A stretch of DNA of 64,000 nt, taken from Octopus vulgaris (Eukaryota). Each line of letters begins with the position of its first letter. Position 1 is the stretch's first letter. Under the pieces are notes generated by a model. That model made no database searches and was not told the origin of the DNA. It saw only the letters and a list, made by a program, of their open reading frames with translations. The translations under genes and the position numbers were made by a program. This document shows, in pieces, positions 23,901 through 38,260 of the stretch. The stretch is from NCBI GenBank assembly GCA_951406725.2, contig OX597831.1, positions 74,958,001 to 75,022,000 of the forward strand. The letters run 5' to 3'.

Positions 23901-24879
23901 ATGTCTCCCCTACTTCTGAGTAACATCCTCTTTCATTTCCATCACTCTCCTGTAAGAGTTCATGCTGAACAAACCTAACTGCACCACCACCACCACCACC
24001 ACCTCCTCTTAGCTCTCCACCTCAATCAAGAACAATGTGTAAAGTCTATGGGCAGTGTTCTTCCTTTGTCACTCTGAACTAACAAAGAGTAAAAAAAAAC
24101 AGAAAAGAAAATTATATTCTATTCATTCAGTTTTCCATTTCAGATATTTGTTGGTAGCTTTATTTATTTGACAGCATCTTTTTACACATGCTAGTTTGAA
24201 TGTCAACATTCTAAGAAACACTCACCAGTTGTAATTCAATTAAATTTTCTTCCTCTCCCTCTTCTTATATTTCTTGTATGTGAGAGAGAGAGAGAGAGAA
24301 GGAAGTGGTATGTTCGTGACAATCAACCCGCCTTTATATGGCCAATGAACAAAATGCTTGCTCTAAAATTTTAGTCTTTCCTTGAAGTGGTATTTCATAT
24401 TTTTTAAAAACTTTTTTTTATATATATTTATGTGTGTGTGTGTGTACATGTGTGAGTATGTGTGTATATATGTTTGTGTGTGTGCATGTGTAAGTGTATA
24501 TAATGTGTGTACATATATTGTATGTGTGTGTATATCTTTAGAGGTTCTTGTGAAGTAACTCTCGAATGAAAATATAAATTAAATTCATCTGCTCTAGGTG
24601 TTGCACAACCCAGGAAAATTAATTTAAAATTTGTCCATCCATCCTTTTCAAATGTTAGACAGGACTTGTCGGCAGTTTTATCATCTTTTATTGATTAACT
24701 GAATAACACATCTATAAAAGGAGCTTAATGCATTTAAATGGTTTTAAATATTGAAAAGACGAGTCCATGCGGTGCGTCGCTAAACATCTATTTACAGGAC
24801 TGAAATTCCTTTTGTTCCGAGTTCAAATCTTCCTCTGGTCAGCTTTTGATTCTTTGTCTCTCTGGTATCAATCAAATAC

Positions 24880-25310
24880 TCTTTTTTTTACTCTTTACTC
24901 TTTTTGCTCTTTTACTGGTTTCAGTCATTTGACTGCGGCTATGCTGGAGCACCGCCTTTAATCGAGCAACTTGACCCTGGGACTTATTCTTTTTTGTAAG
25001 CCCAGTACTTATTCTATCGGTCTCTTTTGCGGAACCGCTAAGTGACGGGGACGTAAACACACCAGCATCGGTTGTCAAGCAATGCTAGGGGGACAAACAC
25101 AAACATACACACACATACACGCACACATATATATATATATATACACACACACACGACGGGCTTCTTTCAGTTTCCGTATACCAAATCCACTCACAAGGCT
25201 TTGGTCGGCCCAAGGCTATAGCAGAAGACACTTACCCAAGGTGCCACGCAGTGGGACTGAACCCGGAACCATGTGGTTGGTAAACAAGCTACTTACCACA
25301 CAGCTACTCC
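24880..25310 (-). mobile_element. SINE family B, near full length
   Basis: Family homology. Confidence 0.9.
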
Positions 25311-26919
25311 TTTCGTTCTATTATTTGTTTCAATCATTAGACTGTGGCCATGCTGGGGCACCACCTTCAAGAATTTTTAGTCAAGCGAATTGAGCCCAGT
25401 ACATGATTTTGTTTTAAACCCTGCTCTCTCTCTCTTTCTGTCTCTCTTTCTCTCTCACTCTCTGTTTGTCTGTCTGTCTCTCTTTCTCTGGCTGATAAAC
25501 CATATATCTCCTCTACAGCAAGACACCTATCTGTTAACTGTTCGTGGGTGTTGTTCAGTTCCTTCTTCCTGCAGCCCAAGAATCACATTTCTATTCCTCA
25601 ACTCAACCAGTTATCACCACAGACCAAAAACCATTCAGACTGCAGCAAAACGGTTATAATACCTTTTTTTCTTTTTTTTTTTTGTGTCACTCACTCCAAA
25701 TTCTGCCAAGATCAACTTGGCCTAAATGAAGTACAAGTCACAAACTGGGGTTAGTAACATCGACTAACACCTCCCTTGAAAATCCTCGCCTTGTTCTGAG
25801 TCAGAGAGTAAAAGAGGAATCGATCAGTCATTGATCAAAGCAAAAACCCTACAAATCTTCTATCTTTGCCTACATTATGTCCCCTTCTCCTAAAGCCTTT
25901 CACTTTTCCTTTTTTATTCAGAAGGAAATCTTTTCCATAAACAACTACTTGGTCCTGTGTCTTCTCTTTCTCTCTCAGCTCGTCTTTCTGTCCCTCCTCT
26001 CTGACTCGGACTCTCTAAGATAACAGAAAATGAAATTTCAGGTTGCTAAGTTCAGTCTTATTGCTTCGAATAAAAGTTCATGTTTGCAATCAATTCTTTT
26101 TAATTTTTTTTTCCTTCAGTCTATAATATTTTGTAGAAATATTTAATCATCTTTATATTTCTACCTATGCTGCTGCAGGTGAAATTTTCAGGAATACTCC
26201 TCCATTCAGATAATTATCTTTAAGTCTTTCCTTATTATTTATATATTTTAGATTAGCAATCTCAAATAACAAAGTCTTACCATTTTTTTCTAGTCTGTCA
26301 TATAAGTAATTTGTTGAAGAAATAGATTTTTATCATTGTTTGCTTTCTTTCAAGACAATATAAATAGTTCTAATTATTTTTGAGTGAGAGAGCAGTGCAT
26401 GCCATCAAAATGACACTGGGGTGCAAATATACAAAGCCCAATATATCCATCATGACTACACCTCTGATAAGGGTACACCAAGCACATGCATCATAACCAT
26501 ATGTGTGCAGCATGGCGATCTCATATCAAGATAAACAGTGCATGACCTTGCAGGTGAGGCCCTGGTAGAATTTCTTCATGTAGAGTGGCCCATCCCACTC
26601 AAAAGGTCCCTAAATAAGGTTTAAGTATGATGAACAAAACACCCATGTTTTCAAGGGTGAATTATTCAAACCCCCAAAGTGTTCCTCTCAACACATAGCT
26701 GTGATGCTCTCCCACTACATCTGCTCATGATCAGAGATGCACATATCGTCAGCCACCAAGGGACATGCTCAACTGGTTACAGTCGAACAACTGACAAGCA
26801 AATCTGTGGTATTGAGCAGAATATTTGCTGTAGACCTTTTTTTTTTTTATACCAAGCCAAAACAAGATGAGAAGCCATGAAAGCCACTGCCCCAGGGCTT
26901 TTATTATTATCATTATTAA

Positions 26920-27600
26920 GGTGGTGGTGAGCTGGCAGAATCATTAGCATGCTGAGTAAAATGTTTCAGAGGCACTTTGTCCGTCCTTACATTCTGAGTT
27001 CAAATTCCACCGAGGTAGATTTTTACCTTTCATCCTTCTAGGGTCTATAAATAGGTACCAGCTGAGTACTGGGGGGTCAATGTAATCAACAAGTCACCAC
27101 CCCACAAAATTTCAGGCCTTATGCCTTTAGTAGAAAGGATTATTATTATTGTAAGGTAGCAGGATGGCAGAATCATTAGTGTGCTGAGCAAAATGCTCAC
27201 TGGCATTTCGTCCGTATTTGTGTTCTGAGTTCAAATTCTACTGAAGTTGACTTTGCCTTTTAGGGTTGATAAAGTAAATTATAGTTGAACCCTGGGGTCG
27301 ATGTAATCAGCTGAGCCCTTTCCTGAAATTACTGGAATTTGAAACCATCATTGTTATTCAGTAGTCTTCTTATTGTTGTTACCTGTACAGCAGCAAGATG
27401 GCAGAACTGTCAGCGTGTCAGACCAAGTGGTGAGTGGCATTTTCCCAGCGTTTTACAGTTTTTATTCAAATACCACGAAAATGAACTTTGCCTTTTGTCT
27501 TTTCAGGGTCAACAAAGTATCAGTTAAGTACAGAGGCTAACGTAATCAACTCCCCAGCTCCTAAAATTGCAGGCCTTGTGCCAGAAATTTGAAATGGCTA
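26920..27600 (+). mobile_element. Three tandem diverged SINE A copies
   Basis: Family homology, (ATT)n tails. Confidence 0.8.
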
Positions 27601-28087
27601 TTATTATCTCTTATTATAAAAGGCAGATTTTATCTGCCTCCCTTTGGGAGTTATACAAATCTACAATATAGGATTTCTTCAATTACAATTTACCTAGCAT
27701 TTTTAAGAGTACAATGCATCGCGTCATGCCAGGTCCAGTTTTTAAAATTTTAACTCCAATTAAGCAAAATTTACAGAAAACTCACATTCTGGTGTGTGTG
27801 TCAAATGCTTTTCTTAGTCTGGTTTACACCACACGCAAACGCACACACACAGTGGGCAACGAATAAAATGAAAGTAAATAGCGACAGAGTGATTTGAGGA
27901 AGACTAAACTGAAAGTATTCTGTCTATGACGCTGATAGATACATGAGTAAAATGTATGGGGAGCTAAGAGTGAGTGAAAATGTTCTTGGAAGAGAGTAAA
28001 TAGCGAGAGAGAGAGAGAGAGAGAGAGTGATTTGAGGAAGACTTTACATAAAATAACCATAGTGGCTTGTGTTAGTAATAAAGTAAA

Positions 28088-28403
28088 CATACATACATAC
28101 ACACACACACACATACACACACACACACACATACACACACACACACATACACACACACACACATACACACACACACACATACACACACATACATACATAC
28201 ACATACATACATACATATACATACATACATATACATACATACATACACACACACACATACACACACACACAGTATTGAAGCTTGAGAACAATCAGATACA
28301 TTTGCAACACATCTGTTGAAAATATTATTGTTCACACACATACATATACATATATACATACAGACAGACAGACAGATAGACACACACACACACACACACA
28401 TAC
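28088..28403. repeat. (CA)n/(CATA)n microsatellite block
   Basis: Seen directly. Confidence 0.95.
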
Positions 28404-28454
28404 ATGATCCAGCATGGCCACAACCTCAAGGCTGAAACATATAAAAGAATAACA

Positions 28455-28822
28455 GAATATAAATGTGTGCAAAGTACAAGAAATATTAATGCAGTATATG
28501 GGGATTGGACAATAAGCGTAAGGCAGTGTCAATGGTGGTTCCAGAAATCCCGAGCCATAAACTACAGCCTAGAAGACGAGCCTCATCCTGAAAGATCTGT
28601 AGAACTCGACAAGGACCTCCTGAAAACCCTGGTGGAACAAAATCTCATCGTAACTGTTGAGGAACTAGCAGAGAAGCTTGGATTTGGTCATTCAACCATT
28701 CATTGAGACCTGTGTGCTATCGGAAAAGTCAGCAAATTGGGTCAATGGGTTCCTCACAAACTTTCCGAGTCTAATTGCATGCAGAGAGTGAATGTATGCT
28801 TTTCTTTGCTGTCACATCTCAC
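28455..28822 (+). pseudogene. Mariner transposase fragment (same family as 55835-57112)
   Basis: RNINAVYGDWTISVRQCQWWFQK...LEDEPHPERSVELD...GQWVPHKL; close nucleotide match to 56090-56435. Confidence 0.88.
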
Positions 28823-28841
28823 CACTACTGCACTATGTATA

Positions 28842-29478
28842 TCTATATATATAAAACTGTAGTTGTGTGAGTGTCTGTCCCCTTCGATTTAGATTCCTAA
28901 CTACTCCCACATTTTGCGGTGCAGTTTAACCAAATTCGGGTAGCTTATAGTCGTGATTCATATCGAGCCCGTCTGAATATTAGCGCGCGTCTACGATGAG
29001 TCTACGATTTTAAAAATAATTTAACATCATTTTTTATTCCATTTTAATGCATAATTTTTCGTGTGTCGATGGCGGCGGAGTTGGCGTCCACGCTCACACC
29101 TGCACCTGTGGGGAAGGTAGTGTAAGGAAATCAACGTCGTAATGCGTTGTCAAGGAGACCAGTGTTCTTTTAGAACAATGACTTCATGGCTTGAAGACAC
29201 CAAAACAGAAATGGCTAAGAAAGCGTCTACATGAGTCTACGATTTAAAAAAAAATTTACCATCGTTTTTTTTCCATTTTAATGCATTTTTTCGCTATTAT
29301 ATAAGGGAAGTAACTCTCTAAAAATGTCTACGATGAGTCAACGAGTTTTAAAAAAATTTACCATCATATTTTTTCCATTTTTAATGCATTTTTTGCTATT
29401 TTTTGGCTATAACTCTCTAAAAATGCTTATATAGTTATTTCCCTTACAAACCCGAGCAACGCCGGGCGATACTGCTAG
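28842..29478 (+). mobile_element. Non-autonomous Helitron (longest copy of the family)
   Basis: A|TC...hairpin...CTAG|T; homologous to 1-362, 11646-11942 and 14936-15326. Confidence 0.88.
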
Positions 29479-30779
29479 TTATTTATTATTTGGACTCGGT
29501 CATGGCTGTCTCTATAGCACATTTTCAGGTTCAGTCCTGCTGTGCATGTGTCTTCTTCTATAGCCTTGGGCTGACCAAATGCTCACAAATGGATTCGGGT
29601 TGATGGAAACTGAAAGAATCTCTATATGTATGTGTGGGTAGGCGAGTTAGCGCTCGCAGGATTGTCATGTGCCTCACTTACATAAACCCTGTCCTTTGGT
29701 TCCAATCTTCTGTGAAAACCCATCTGGCCACCAGGGAAACAGTACTGTACTCAGAAACAGGTGAGGTTTGGTGACCGGAAGAACGTTTAGCTGTACAAAT
29801 TCCAAGGTTAACTTTGCCTTTCATCATTTGGGGATTGATAAAATAAAGCACCAGCCAAGTACCGAGAGCAGTGTGATTGAATTAGCTTTCATCTCAAAAT
29901 TGCTGGCTCTGTGCCAAAATTATTAATATTATTAGTTAATGGAAACAGATAAGAGCTTGAAAGCCGATCCTCGTGGGTTCCAACAGAAATTACACACTGT
30001 CAGGCTGTCATGTATAATAGCTGTCAGGGAGAGGAGAAATATTTAGAGGTGCTTGCTGTATGGAAACTTAATAGTAGAATGGATGCTAGCATGATTGATG
30101 TAGGAAGCAGAACGTTTAATTATGAATTAAATTAAATATGGAATGCACTGTGGAATGTATCTGGTGTTTAAGCTGTGCAGTGACAACTTGAACTATGTTT
30201 CTGTCTTATATAACCTCATCAGCAAAGCAGAATTTGACTAAATTGTTAGATTTTGGAACAATTAGACATATAGATGGTAGTGTGGCAAGGTTTTGAGTGA
30301 ACATCTAGTGATTTAATAGCTTTAAAGAATGACTGGAGGTAAATTACATAGGGATGCCATCTGTTTGAAGATGTAATAGTAAAATGAGCATATTTGATGT
30401 AATGAAACAGCAGAATGATGATGTTGATGACAATGTTTCCAATTTAGGTACACTGCCTGCAGTTTTTGGTGGGGAGGCGGTTTGTCAGCCTTACTAACCA
30501 AGTACTGTTTTTATCAACCCCATAAGGATTAAAAGTGAAGTTGACCATGGGAGAATTTGAACTCAGAATGTGTGAGTTGGAAGAAATATACAACAAAGCA
30601 TTTTTCTGATGCTCTAACGATTCTGCTAGCTTGCTGCCTTAACACAACAATAATAATCCTTTCTACTATGTGGACGTGGACATGGCCTGAAATTTTAAGG
30701 GAGGAGATTGTCAGTTACATTGACCCCTCCCCCAGTACTCGTACTTATTTTATCAACCCCGAAAGGGACAGAGTTAACC

Positions 30780-31335
30780 TCATGGGCCTCAGAGAGGCAA
30801 TGACAAAAGACCGAGACCTCTGGAGATATGCTGTAACTGAGAAGACCTGGCAAATAAAGTGAGTTCACAGCTGTAACTTACACCAGCATTGCATAACCAG
30901 CCCACACAAAAAGTACCTTGGATCATAGGGCAACATACTGTGCTTGAGGAGACCTATTGAGTCAAGTATATCAAAATCAAATCAAACCAATTCACAATAA
31001 AATAGAAATTGTAGTTGTGGTCCCCATGCCGGTGGGACATAAAAAGCACCATCCGAATGTGGTCAATGCCAGCGCTGCTTTGACTGGCTCCCATGCCGGT
31101 GGCATGTAAAAAGCACCATCCAAACGTGGTCGATGCCAGCCCTCTGGCCCCTGTGCCAGTGGCACGTAAAAAAGCACCCACTACACTCTTGGAGTGGTTG
31201 GCGTTAGGAAGGGCATCCAGTTGTAGAAACACTGCCAGATCAGACTGGAGCCTGGTGCAGCCTCCTGGCTTCCCAGACCCCAGTCGAACCGTCCAACCCA
31301 TGCCAGCATGGAAAACAAACATTAAATGATGATAA
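30780..31335 (+). mobile_element. RTE LINE 3' end with repeat-array 3'UTR and (ATG)n tail
   Basis: GLREAMTKDRDLWRYAV coding end followed by the UTR shared with 21155-21610. Confidence 0.85.
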
Positions 31336-31389
31336 TGAATGTAAAGACAGACAAGATACCACTTGCCCAATGTACTAAGATAATAATAA

Positions 31390-31820
31390 TAACTGATTCA
31401 AATTTGGGCATAAGGTCAGCAATTTTAAAGAAAGGTGTCAACCCCAGTGCTCAACTGGTAATTTATTTTATCAAGCCCTGAAGGATGAAAGGCAAAGTTG
31501 ATCTCAGCAGGAGTTGAAACTAGAACAGAAAGAGCTGCAATTAAATACCACCAGGCATTTTGTCTGACACCAACAATTCTGTCATTCCACTTATTAATAA
31601 TAATGGTTTCAAATTTTGGCACAAAGCCAGCAATTTCAAGGGAGAGGGGAAAGTTGATTATATCAACCCCAGTATTAAACTGGTACTTATTTTATCAACC
31701 CCCAAAATAATGAGAGGCAAAGTCAACCTCAGTAGAATTTGAACTCAGGTTGTAGAGTTGGAAAAACTGTCACGAAGCATTGTGTCAGGCATGGTAAGAA
31801 TTCTGCCAGCTTGCTGTCTT
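31390..31820 (-). mobile_element. Two diverged SINE A copies
   Basis: Family homology. Confidence 0.75.
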
Positions 31821-33413
31821 TTCAGTAATAATAATGATAATTATGTATAAAATAATGCTCGTTATTAGCAGTAAGCTTGTGTAAGCTGACTGGATCGTTA
31901 GCACACTGGACAAAAAGATTAGTGACATTTCATCTGTCTTTATAGTCTGAGGTCAACTTTGCCACATAAGAAACCCGGTCCACTCTGTAGCGTGGTTGGT
32001 GTCATGAAGGGCATCCAGCTGTAAAGACTATGCCAAAATGGATGGTGGAGCTTGGTGCAGTCCTCTGGCTTAGGATCTCCTGTCAAACGAATGCAACCAT
32101 GGATGATGATGATGAGCTGTTCGATGCCTTTGTTAGCAGAAGCCATGCAGTACCTTTATTTGTAAAAGCTGTAGGGTACCATTAATTAAAGGAATACATT
32201 CATTTATGATTGCCATTCTTTAGAGACTGATTACTCCTCATTAGCGCCGGAATATCACCAAAGGTTACGGCCTTGAATTTTCCTCTGCTGCAATCCATTG
32301 CAATAATGTTTGTTAATTACTTTTCAAGTTTTCCATTAATTACGGTGTGTGCACTTGGGAGGTTCTGTTTATTTTTGTTTTATAAAATACTGACGAGCCG
32401 AGGAAAGGGGGAAAGAATCGGTTCAAGTGAGAGGGATCAGCTGTCTCCATGGAACGATTTCTTCATGGAACAACTGAACGAATAAACAGATGGATGGATC
32501 GACAGAGGGAGGTGGCTTTAATGACAACCTTGAGTAAATAATCAGGAAATAACGAAGAAGCTTGTTTGTACACATCGTTTAATAAATTTACATAGATCTT
32601 TAAATGTGTTGTAAATTCTGAAATGTAATTTAATCTTCAACATAGGAACAGGGCTGCAATGGTGTGAGGAGTGTAGGGGCTGGCATCAGCAGATTGTATC
32701 TCTGTTGTTCACATTTACACGGCATTAGTTGCACATTTGTGTAGGTGGAGGGCTGGCCTAGCATTTCTAAAAGTGTATAATTTTTTACATGTTGGTGTGG
32801 GGAGAGACAAAGAGTGGGGTGTTTTTTTTAGCTCAATGTCAGCCCCAAGCCGGTATATCTATACTCAGACATTCCAGCTGTGACCATCACTACATTATTT
32901 AATAGTATCATTATCTTGTTTAATTAAGACAATGAGTAATAGAAAATATTGAGCTGTCATTTCTTGCAGGTTACCTCTAAGTTTGTTACTGTTTAGCTCC
33001 AGTTCAGCCCTGATCATCTAAGACATTCTAACTGTGACCATCCCTTTTTACTCACGGTTTAACAGGCTACATTATCCAATATGTCTTAGGGTGTGATTTG
33101 CCTGCTATTTCTAGCAGAGTGGGCAACCACCTAAGAGCTCCCTCGCTCCCTTGTTGGCTTATAATTGAGTAGGCCTCTGTATTTATTTTACTACGCTGGG
33201 GAAAGATAAAAGGCTAAGTGCACCTCGGCAGGATTTGAACTTGAATTGCAACCAAATACAAGACATTCAGAATTATTACTCCCCCACCACCACCACAAAA
33301 GGATTTTTGGTAAGCTTTCGTGTGTGTGTGTGAGGTTTACCAGTTGGGGTGAAGGAGGAGGATTAGTCATGTGGCCCCATCATAAGCTCCCTGTTTTTCT
33401 TTCTTGGTTGCAG

Positions 33414-33631
33414 GTTTGAGGCTGCTCAAGTTTTCTGTTTGAAAAGTTGAAGGGTTGGCTGTTAGTGCAAGTGTGTGCATGTATGTGTGTGTGTGTGTGT
33501 GTGCACGCGCATGCTAGCAACACGAGAAGTTTCACAACAATTTGCCCCTCCACCGCTATTTTTTCTCTCACTACCACCTCTCAGCCGCCGTCCCCCCCCC
33601 CTCTCACTCTACAATGAAAATCGTTTGAAAG
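33414..33631 (+). other. Candidate non-coding exon (acceptor TTCTTGGTTGCAG, donor AAG|GTAAGG)
   Basis: Good splice signals at 33412-33413 and 33632; only a 4-codon ORF inside. Confidence 0.3.
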
Positions 33632-33756
33632 GTAAGGTATTTGATGTCTGAAACAAAAAGCATTTTTTTGTTCAATTGTTTATAGAAACACATACATATA
33701 CTCTATATGTACCTACTATACATACATGTAATACACACACACACATATATACATAC

Positions 33757-33795
<39 letters not shown>

Positions 33796-33807
33796 CACAC
33801 ACACACA

Positions 33808-33846
<39 letters not shown>

Positions 33847-33856
33847 CACACACACA

Positions 33857-33921
<65 letters not shown>

Positions 33922-34614
33922 CACATACATAAATAATGCACACACATAATTTTTATAAGCCATGGTTGACAGTTAATTTAAACTTTTGCAAAGTTAGCCG
34001 GCATTGTACAAGTATAATGTTGCTCTACTGTAAAGCTACTGAGTGGTCATTTGCTTAGGTATGTGTGAGTGTATATGTATAGAAGTCTCTGTGTGTATAT
34101 CATAATGTATATATATATATATATACATATAATATGTGTATGTATATAAATGGCGGTGCCCCAGCATGGCCACAGCTGAAACTAGAATCAATCAATCAAT
34201 ATATATATGTTTGTGTTTGTTCCCCTGGCATTGCTTGACAACCGATGCTGGTGTGTTTACGTCCCCGTCACTTTGCGGTTCGGCAAAAGAGACCAATAGA
34301 ATAAGTACTGGGCTTACAAAGAATAAGTCCTGGGGTCGATTTGCTCGACTAAAGGCGGTGCTCCAGCATGGCCGCAGTCAAATGACTGAAACAAGTAAAA
34401 GAGTAAAAAAAAGAGATATATATATTCTGAGTGCAGTGGTGGTTCTGTTTCAGTCCCAAACTGACCCTTTGAAAGATTTAGTGAGGATGTGTTTGCGATG
34501 GCCAACTTTAATTTGTATAATCCATTTTGAACCCCCCCCCCCATCTAATTCATTGTGTTCTACTTCTATATAAATTTACTTTGTCTTTCTTCAAATTTCA
34601 AATTTCAATAATAA

Positions 34615-35535
34615 TAATAATTTCAAATTTTGGCACAAGGTCAGTGAGTTTGGTTGGGGGCAGGGTAAGTTTATGTCCATCCCAGCGTTCAACTAGTACT
34701 TAATTTAGTGACCCCCCCCCCCACAAGGACGAAAGGCAAAGTTGACCTCGGTAGAATTAGGACTCAGAATGTAAAGACGGACCAAATGTTGCTAAGCATT
34801 TGGCCCAGCATGCTAATGATCCTGCCAGCCCACCGCCTTAATAATAATAATAATAATAATCTTTTCTACTATAGGCTGAAGGCCTGAAATTTGTTGGGGA
34901 GGTGAGAAGTCAAATCGCATTGACATCCCTGTTGAACTGGTACTGATGTTATCGACCCTGAAAGGATAAAAGGCAAAGTCGACTTCAGTGGAATTTGAAC
35001 TCAGAATGTAAAGTGCTGAGCATTTTGCCATTTGTGCTAATGACTCTGCCAGCTTGCTGCCTCAATGATAATAATAATAATAATAATAATGAAGGCGGCG
35101 AGCTGGCAGAATGGTTAGCACACCGGGCAAAATGCGTAGCCGTATTTCGTCTGCCGCAACGTTCTGAGTTCAAATTCCACCGAGATCGACTTTGCCTTTC
35201 ATTCTTTCGGGATCGTTTAAATAAGTACCAGTTACGCACTGGGGTCGATGTAATCGACTTAATCCGTGTGTCTGTCCTTGTTTGTCCTCTCTGTGTTTAG
35301 CCCCTTGTGGGTAGTAAAGAAATAGATAATAATAATAATAATAATCCTTTCTATTATAGGCCTGAAGTTCTGGGGGAGGGGGATGAGTTAACATTGCCCT
35401 CCCACCCCTCTCCAGTGTTTCACTGGTACTTATTTTATCGACCCCGAAAATATGAAAGGCAAAGTCGACCTCGACGGAATTTGAACTCAGAATGCAGCAG
35501 CAGATGAAATACTGCTAAGGATTTCTACCAGCATG
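34615..35535. mobile_element. Cluster of four SINE A copies (-, -, +, -) separated by (AAT)n
   Basis: Family homology; 35093-35324 is full length. Confidence 0.88.
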
Positions 35536-35659
35536 ATGATGATGATAATAATAATACTAATAGCCCTATCACAAACAGCAAGTTAGTTCAATTGCCAATG
35601 ATAACAATAATAATAATAATAATATATATATATAATAATAATATATATATATATAGATA

Positions 35660-36046
35660 TAGGTGCAGAAGTGGCTGTGTGGTAAGTAGCTTGTTTACCA
35701 ACCACAAGGTTCCGGGTTCAGTCCCACTGTGTGGCACCTTGGGCAAGTGTCTTCTACTATAGCCTTGGGCCAACCAAAGCCTGGTGAGTGGATTTGGTAG
35801 ACGGAAACTGAAAGAAGCCTGTCGTATATATATATATGTATATGTGTGTCTGTGTTTGTTCAACCGATGCTTGACAACCGATGCTGGTGTGTTACGTCCC
35901 CGTTACTTATCGGTTCAGCAAAAAGTGACCGATAGAATAAGTACTGGGCTTACAAAAGAATAAGTCCCGGGGTCAAGTTGCTCGATTAAAGGTGGTGCTC
36001 CAGCATGGCCGCAGTCAAATGACTGAAACAAGTAAAAGAGTAAAGA

Positions 36047-36048
<2 letters not shown>
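35660..36048 (+). mobile_element. SINE family B, full length
   Basis: Family homology. Confidence 0.9.
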
Positions 36049-36085
<37 letters not shown>

Positions 36086-36847
36086 CACATCCACCTCATC
36101 TCACAACAAGACTTAATTCTAACAAAAGAAATTATTAATTATCTATTTGATATTAATTGATACTATGAAAATAAAGAGACAAAAGATTCTTTGCTAGAAT
36201 ATGGAGAAGCTGTTGATAAAAATAATAATAATAATAATATTTGTCTTCTAAGCAGTTTTCTATGTTGTGTTTATTCTAAGTTGTCAAATGAAAGAAGTAT
36301 CGAGTTTTCTTTTTTTTTTTTTTATTTTTTGTTTTTGTTTTTTTGTGATGTGCCAACGTTTTGCCTGCTGTTAGCGAGATTACATCATCAGTCTGACCTC
36401 TGACCTTCGACCTCTTCAGCTGTTCATAATAAAAACACGCATGGCCCACAGCGTCTGGGTTTGTGTCATAAGAAGTCTGCCAGCTAGACGTGTGCGTGCT
36501 TGCATGTATGCACGCTTGTCAGTGCAGCTGCTGCTCTTTGCTGCATTGCAATTAATTCATTGTTAATTGTTGGTGTTGCCCTTTTTCAATTCTCGTTTTT
36601 TTTTTTTATCACTGCTGACAATTTCAATCAAGGTGAACTTTCATTTAATATATATATATATATACATACATATACATACACACTACACACACACTCACTC
36701 ACATATATACTCTTCACATATATGCACATTATACTGTGCACATACATACACTACACATTCAACACACAATTTTCTTTAAAATCTTTTTTTCTCAAAACCT
36801 GCTACATTTGAACATTTTTATTGCTCTCTCTCTCTCTCTCTCTCTCT

Positions 36848-36907
<60 letters not shown>

Positions 36908-37324
36908 TGTATATTCATGCATATTCTCATATATATATATATACATATACACTCATGCATATTCACATACATATATATACATTATGTATTTTACATATGT
37001 GTATATATATTAACATTATATTGGATATATATTATATAGACATTATATATTCTATATACATTATACTTAATGAATTCTATGCAAGTCATTGAAAAAGTAA
37101 AGAAGCAAAAAGGTAAAGAATGTTGCATGATTCTTTCACTTCTCTACTAATCTTTGTAGGGCATTATTGTTGTTGTTGTTGTTGTTGTTGTTATTAGTAG
37201 TAGTATCATCATTGTTTTACCTGGTTTTCATTATATTTCTATATTCAATTGGGAAAAAGAATTGTCACTTCCATTGTTAATTTTTCAATATATATGTTAA
37301 AACTGGTTTGATTTTTCATTCTTT

Positions 37325-37364
<40 letters not shown>

Positions 37365-37617
37365 GTATACACATACACACATGATGTATGTAAGTGTGTG
37401 TGTGTGTGTTGAAGAAAACTTTTGTACTTTTTTAAATATGTATTGTTTTCTTTTCTTCTTCTTCTTCTAACTCCCTCCTCCCCATATTTTCTAACATGTT
37501 TGCAGTAAAAATACTTTTTATAATTTTTATTGTTATTCCATGTGCAATATCATATTTATTTATCCAAGTATATTGCATGTTCACTTATATAATAATATTT
37601 TTAGATTATATACATAT

Positions 37618-37650
<33 letters not shown>

Positions 37651-37946
37651 TCTATTTGTGTGTGTGTGTTTAATATTGAAATGTTTCTCAGTTTCTTTTC
37701 ACATCTTTCCTTTTTCATTTTCTATGTATTTGTGATATTTAATTTGATTACACATGAGTTTATATAGATAGACAGTTGTGTGTGTATATATATGTATAAT
37801 ATACATAGATGGATTTAGTTATAAAGATATAAACATAGATATAGAGATATAGCTATGTAGATATATAATTATTGATAGATATGGATGCATAGTTAGTTCA
37901 TATTACTCCATAAGGAGCACAAAAACAGTTTTCCAGTTTCCCTGGC

Positions 37947-38024
<78 letters not shown>

Positions 38025-38028
<4 letters not shown>

Positions 38029-38210
38029 CTCCCTGGATGGGACGCCAGTCCATCACAGGTTACTCCTTTTTACCTGCCGAGTGGACTGGAGCAATGAGAA
38101 ATGAAGTGTTTTGCTCAAGAACACAGTGCATTGCCTAGTTCAGGAAACGGAAGCCACAGTCCTATGATCATGTAGGCAACCCCCTAACCACTATTCCATG
38201 CACCTTCACA
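38025..38210 (-). mobile_element. SINE family D head with V-domain-like segment (CCTGTGATGGACTGGCGTCCCATCCAGGG)
   Basis: Homologous to 62640-62827 and to the head of 55513-55820. Confidence 0.7.
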
Positions 38211-38260
38211 GATATGGATTGACACATATATGCATGCATGCATATATATATATATATATA

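Noticed and set aside
27824-28532. Cys/Val- or His/Thr-rich ORFs
   Set aside because: Translations of (CA)n/(CATA)n microsatellites
30183-30228. Minus-strand CTGATGA...GAAAC hammerhead candidate
   Set aside because: Stem II does not close properly and stems I and III are only 2-4 bp; compatible with chance
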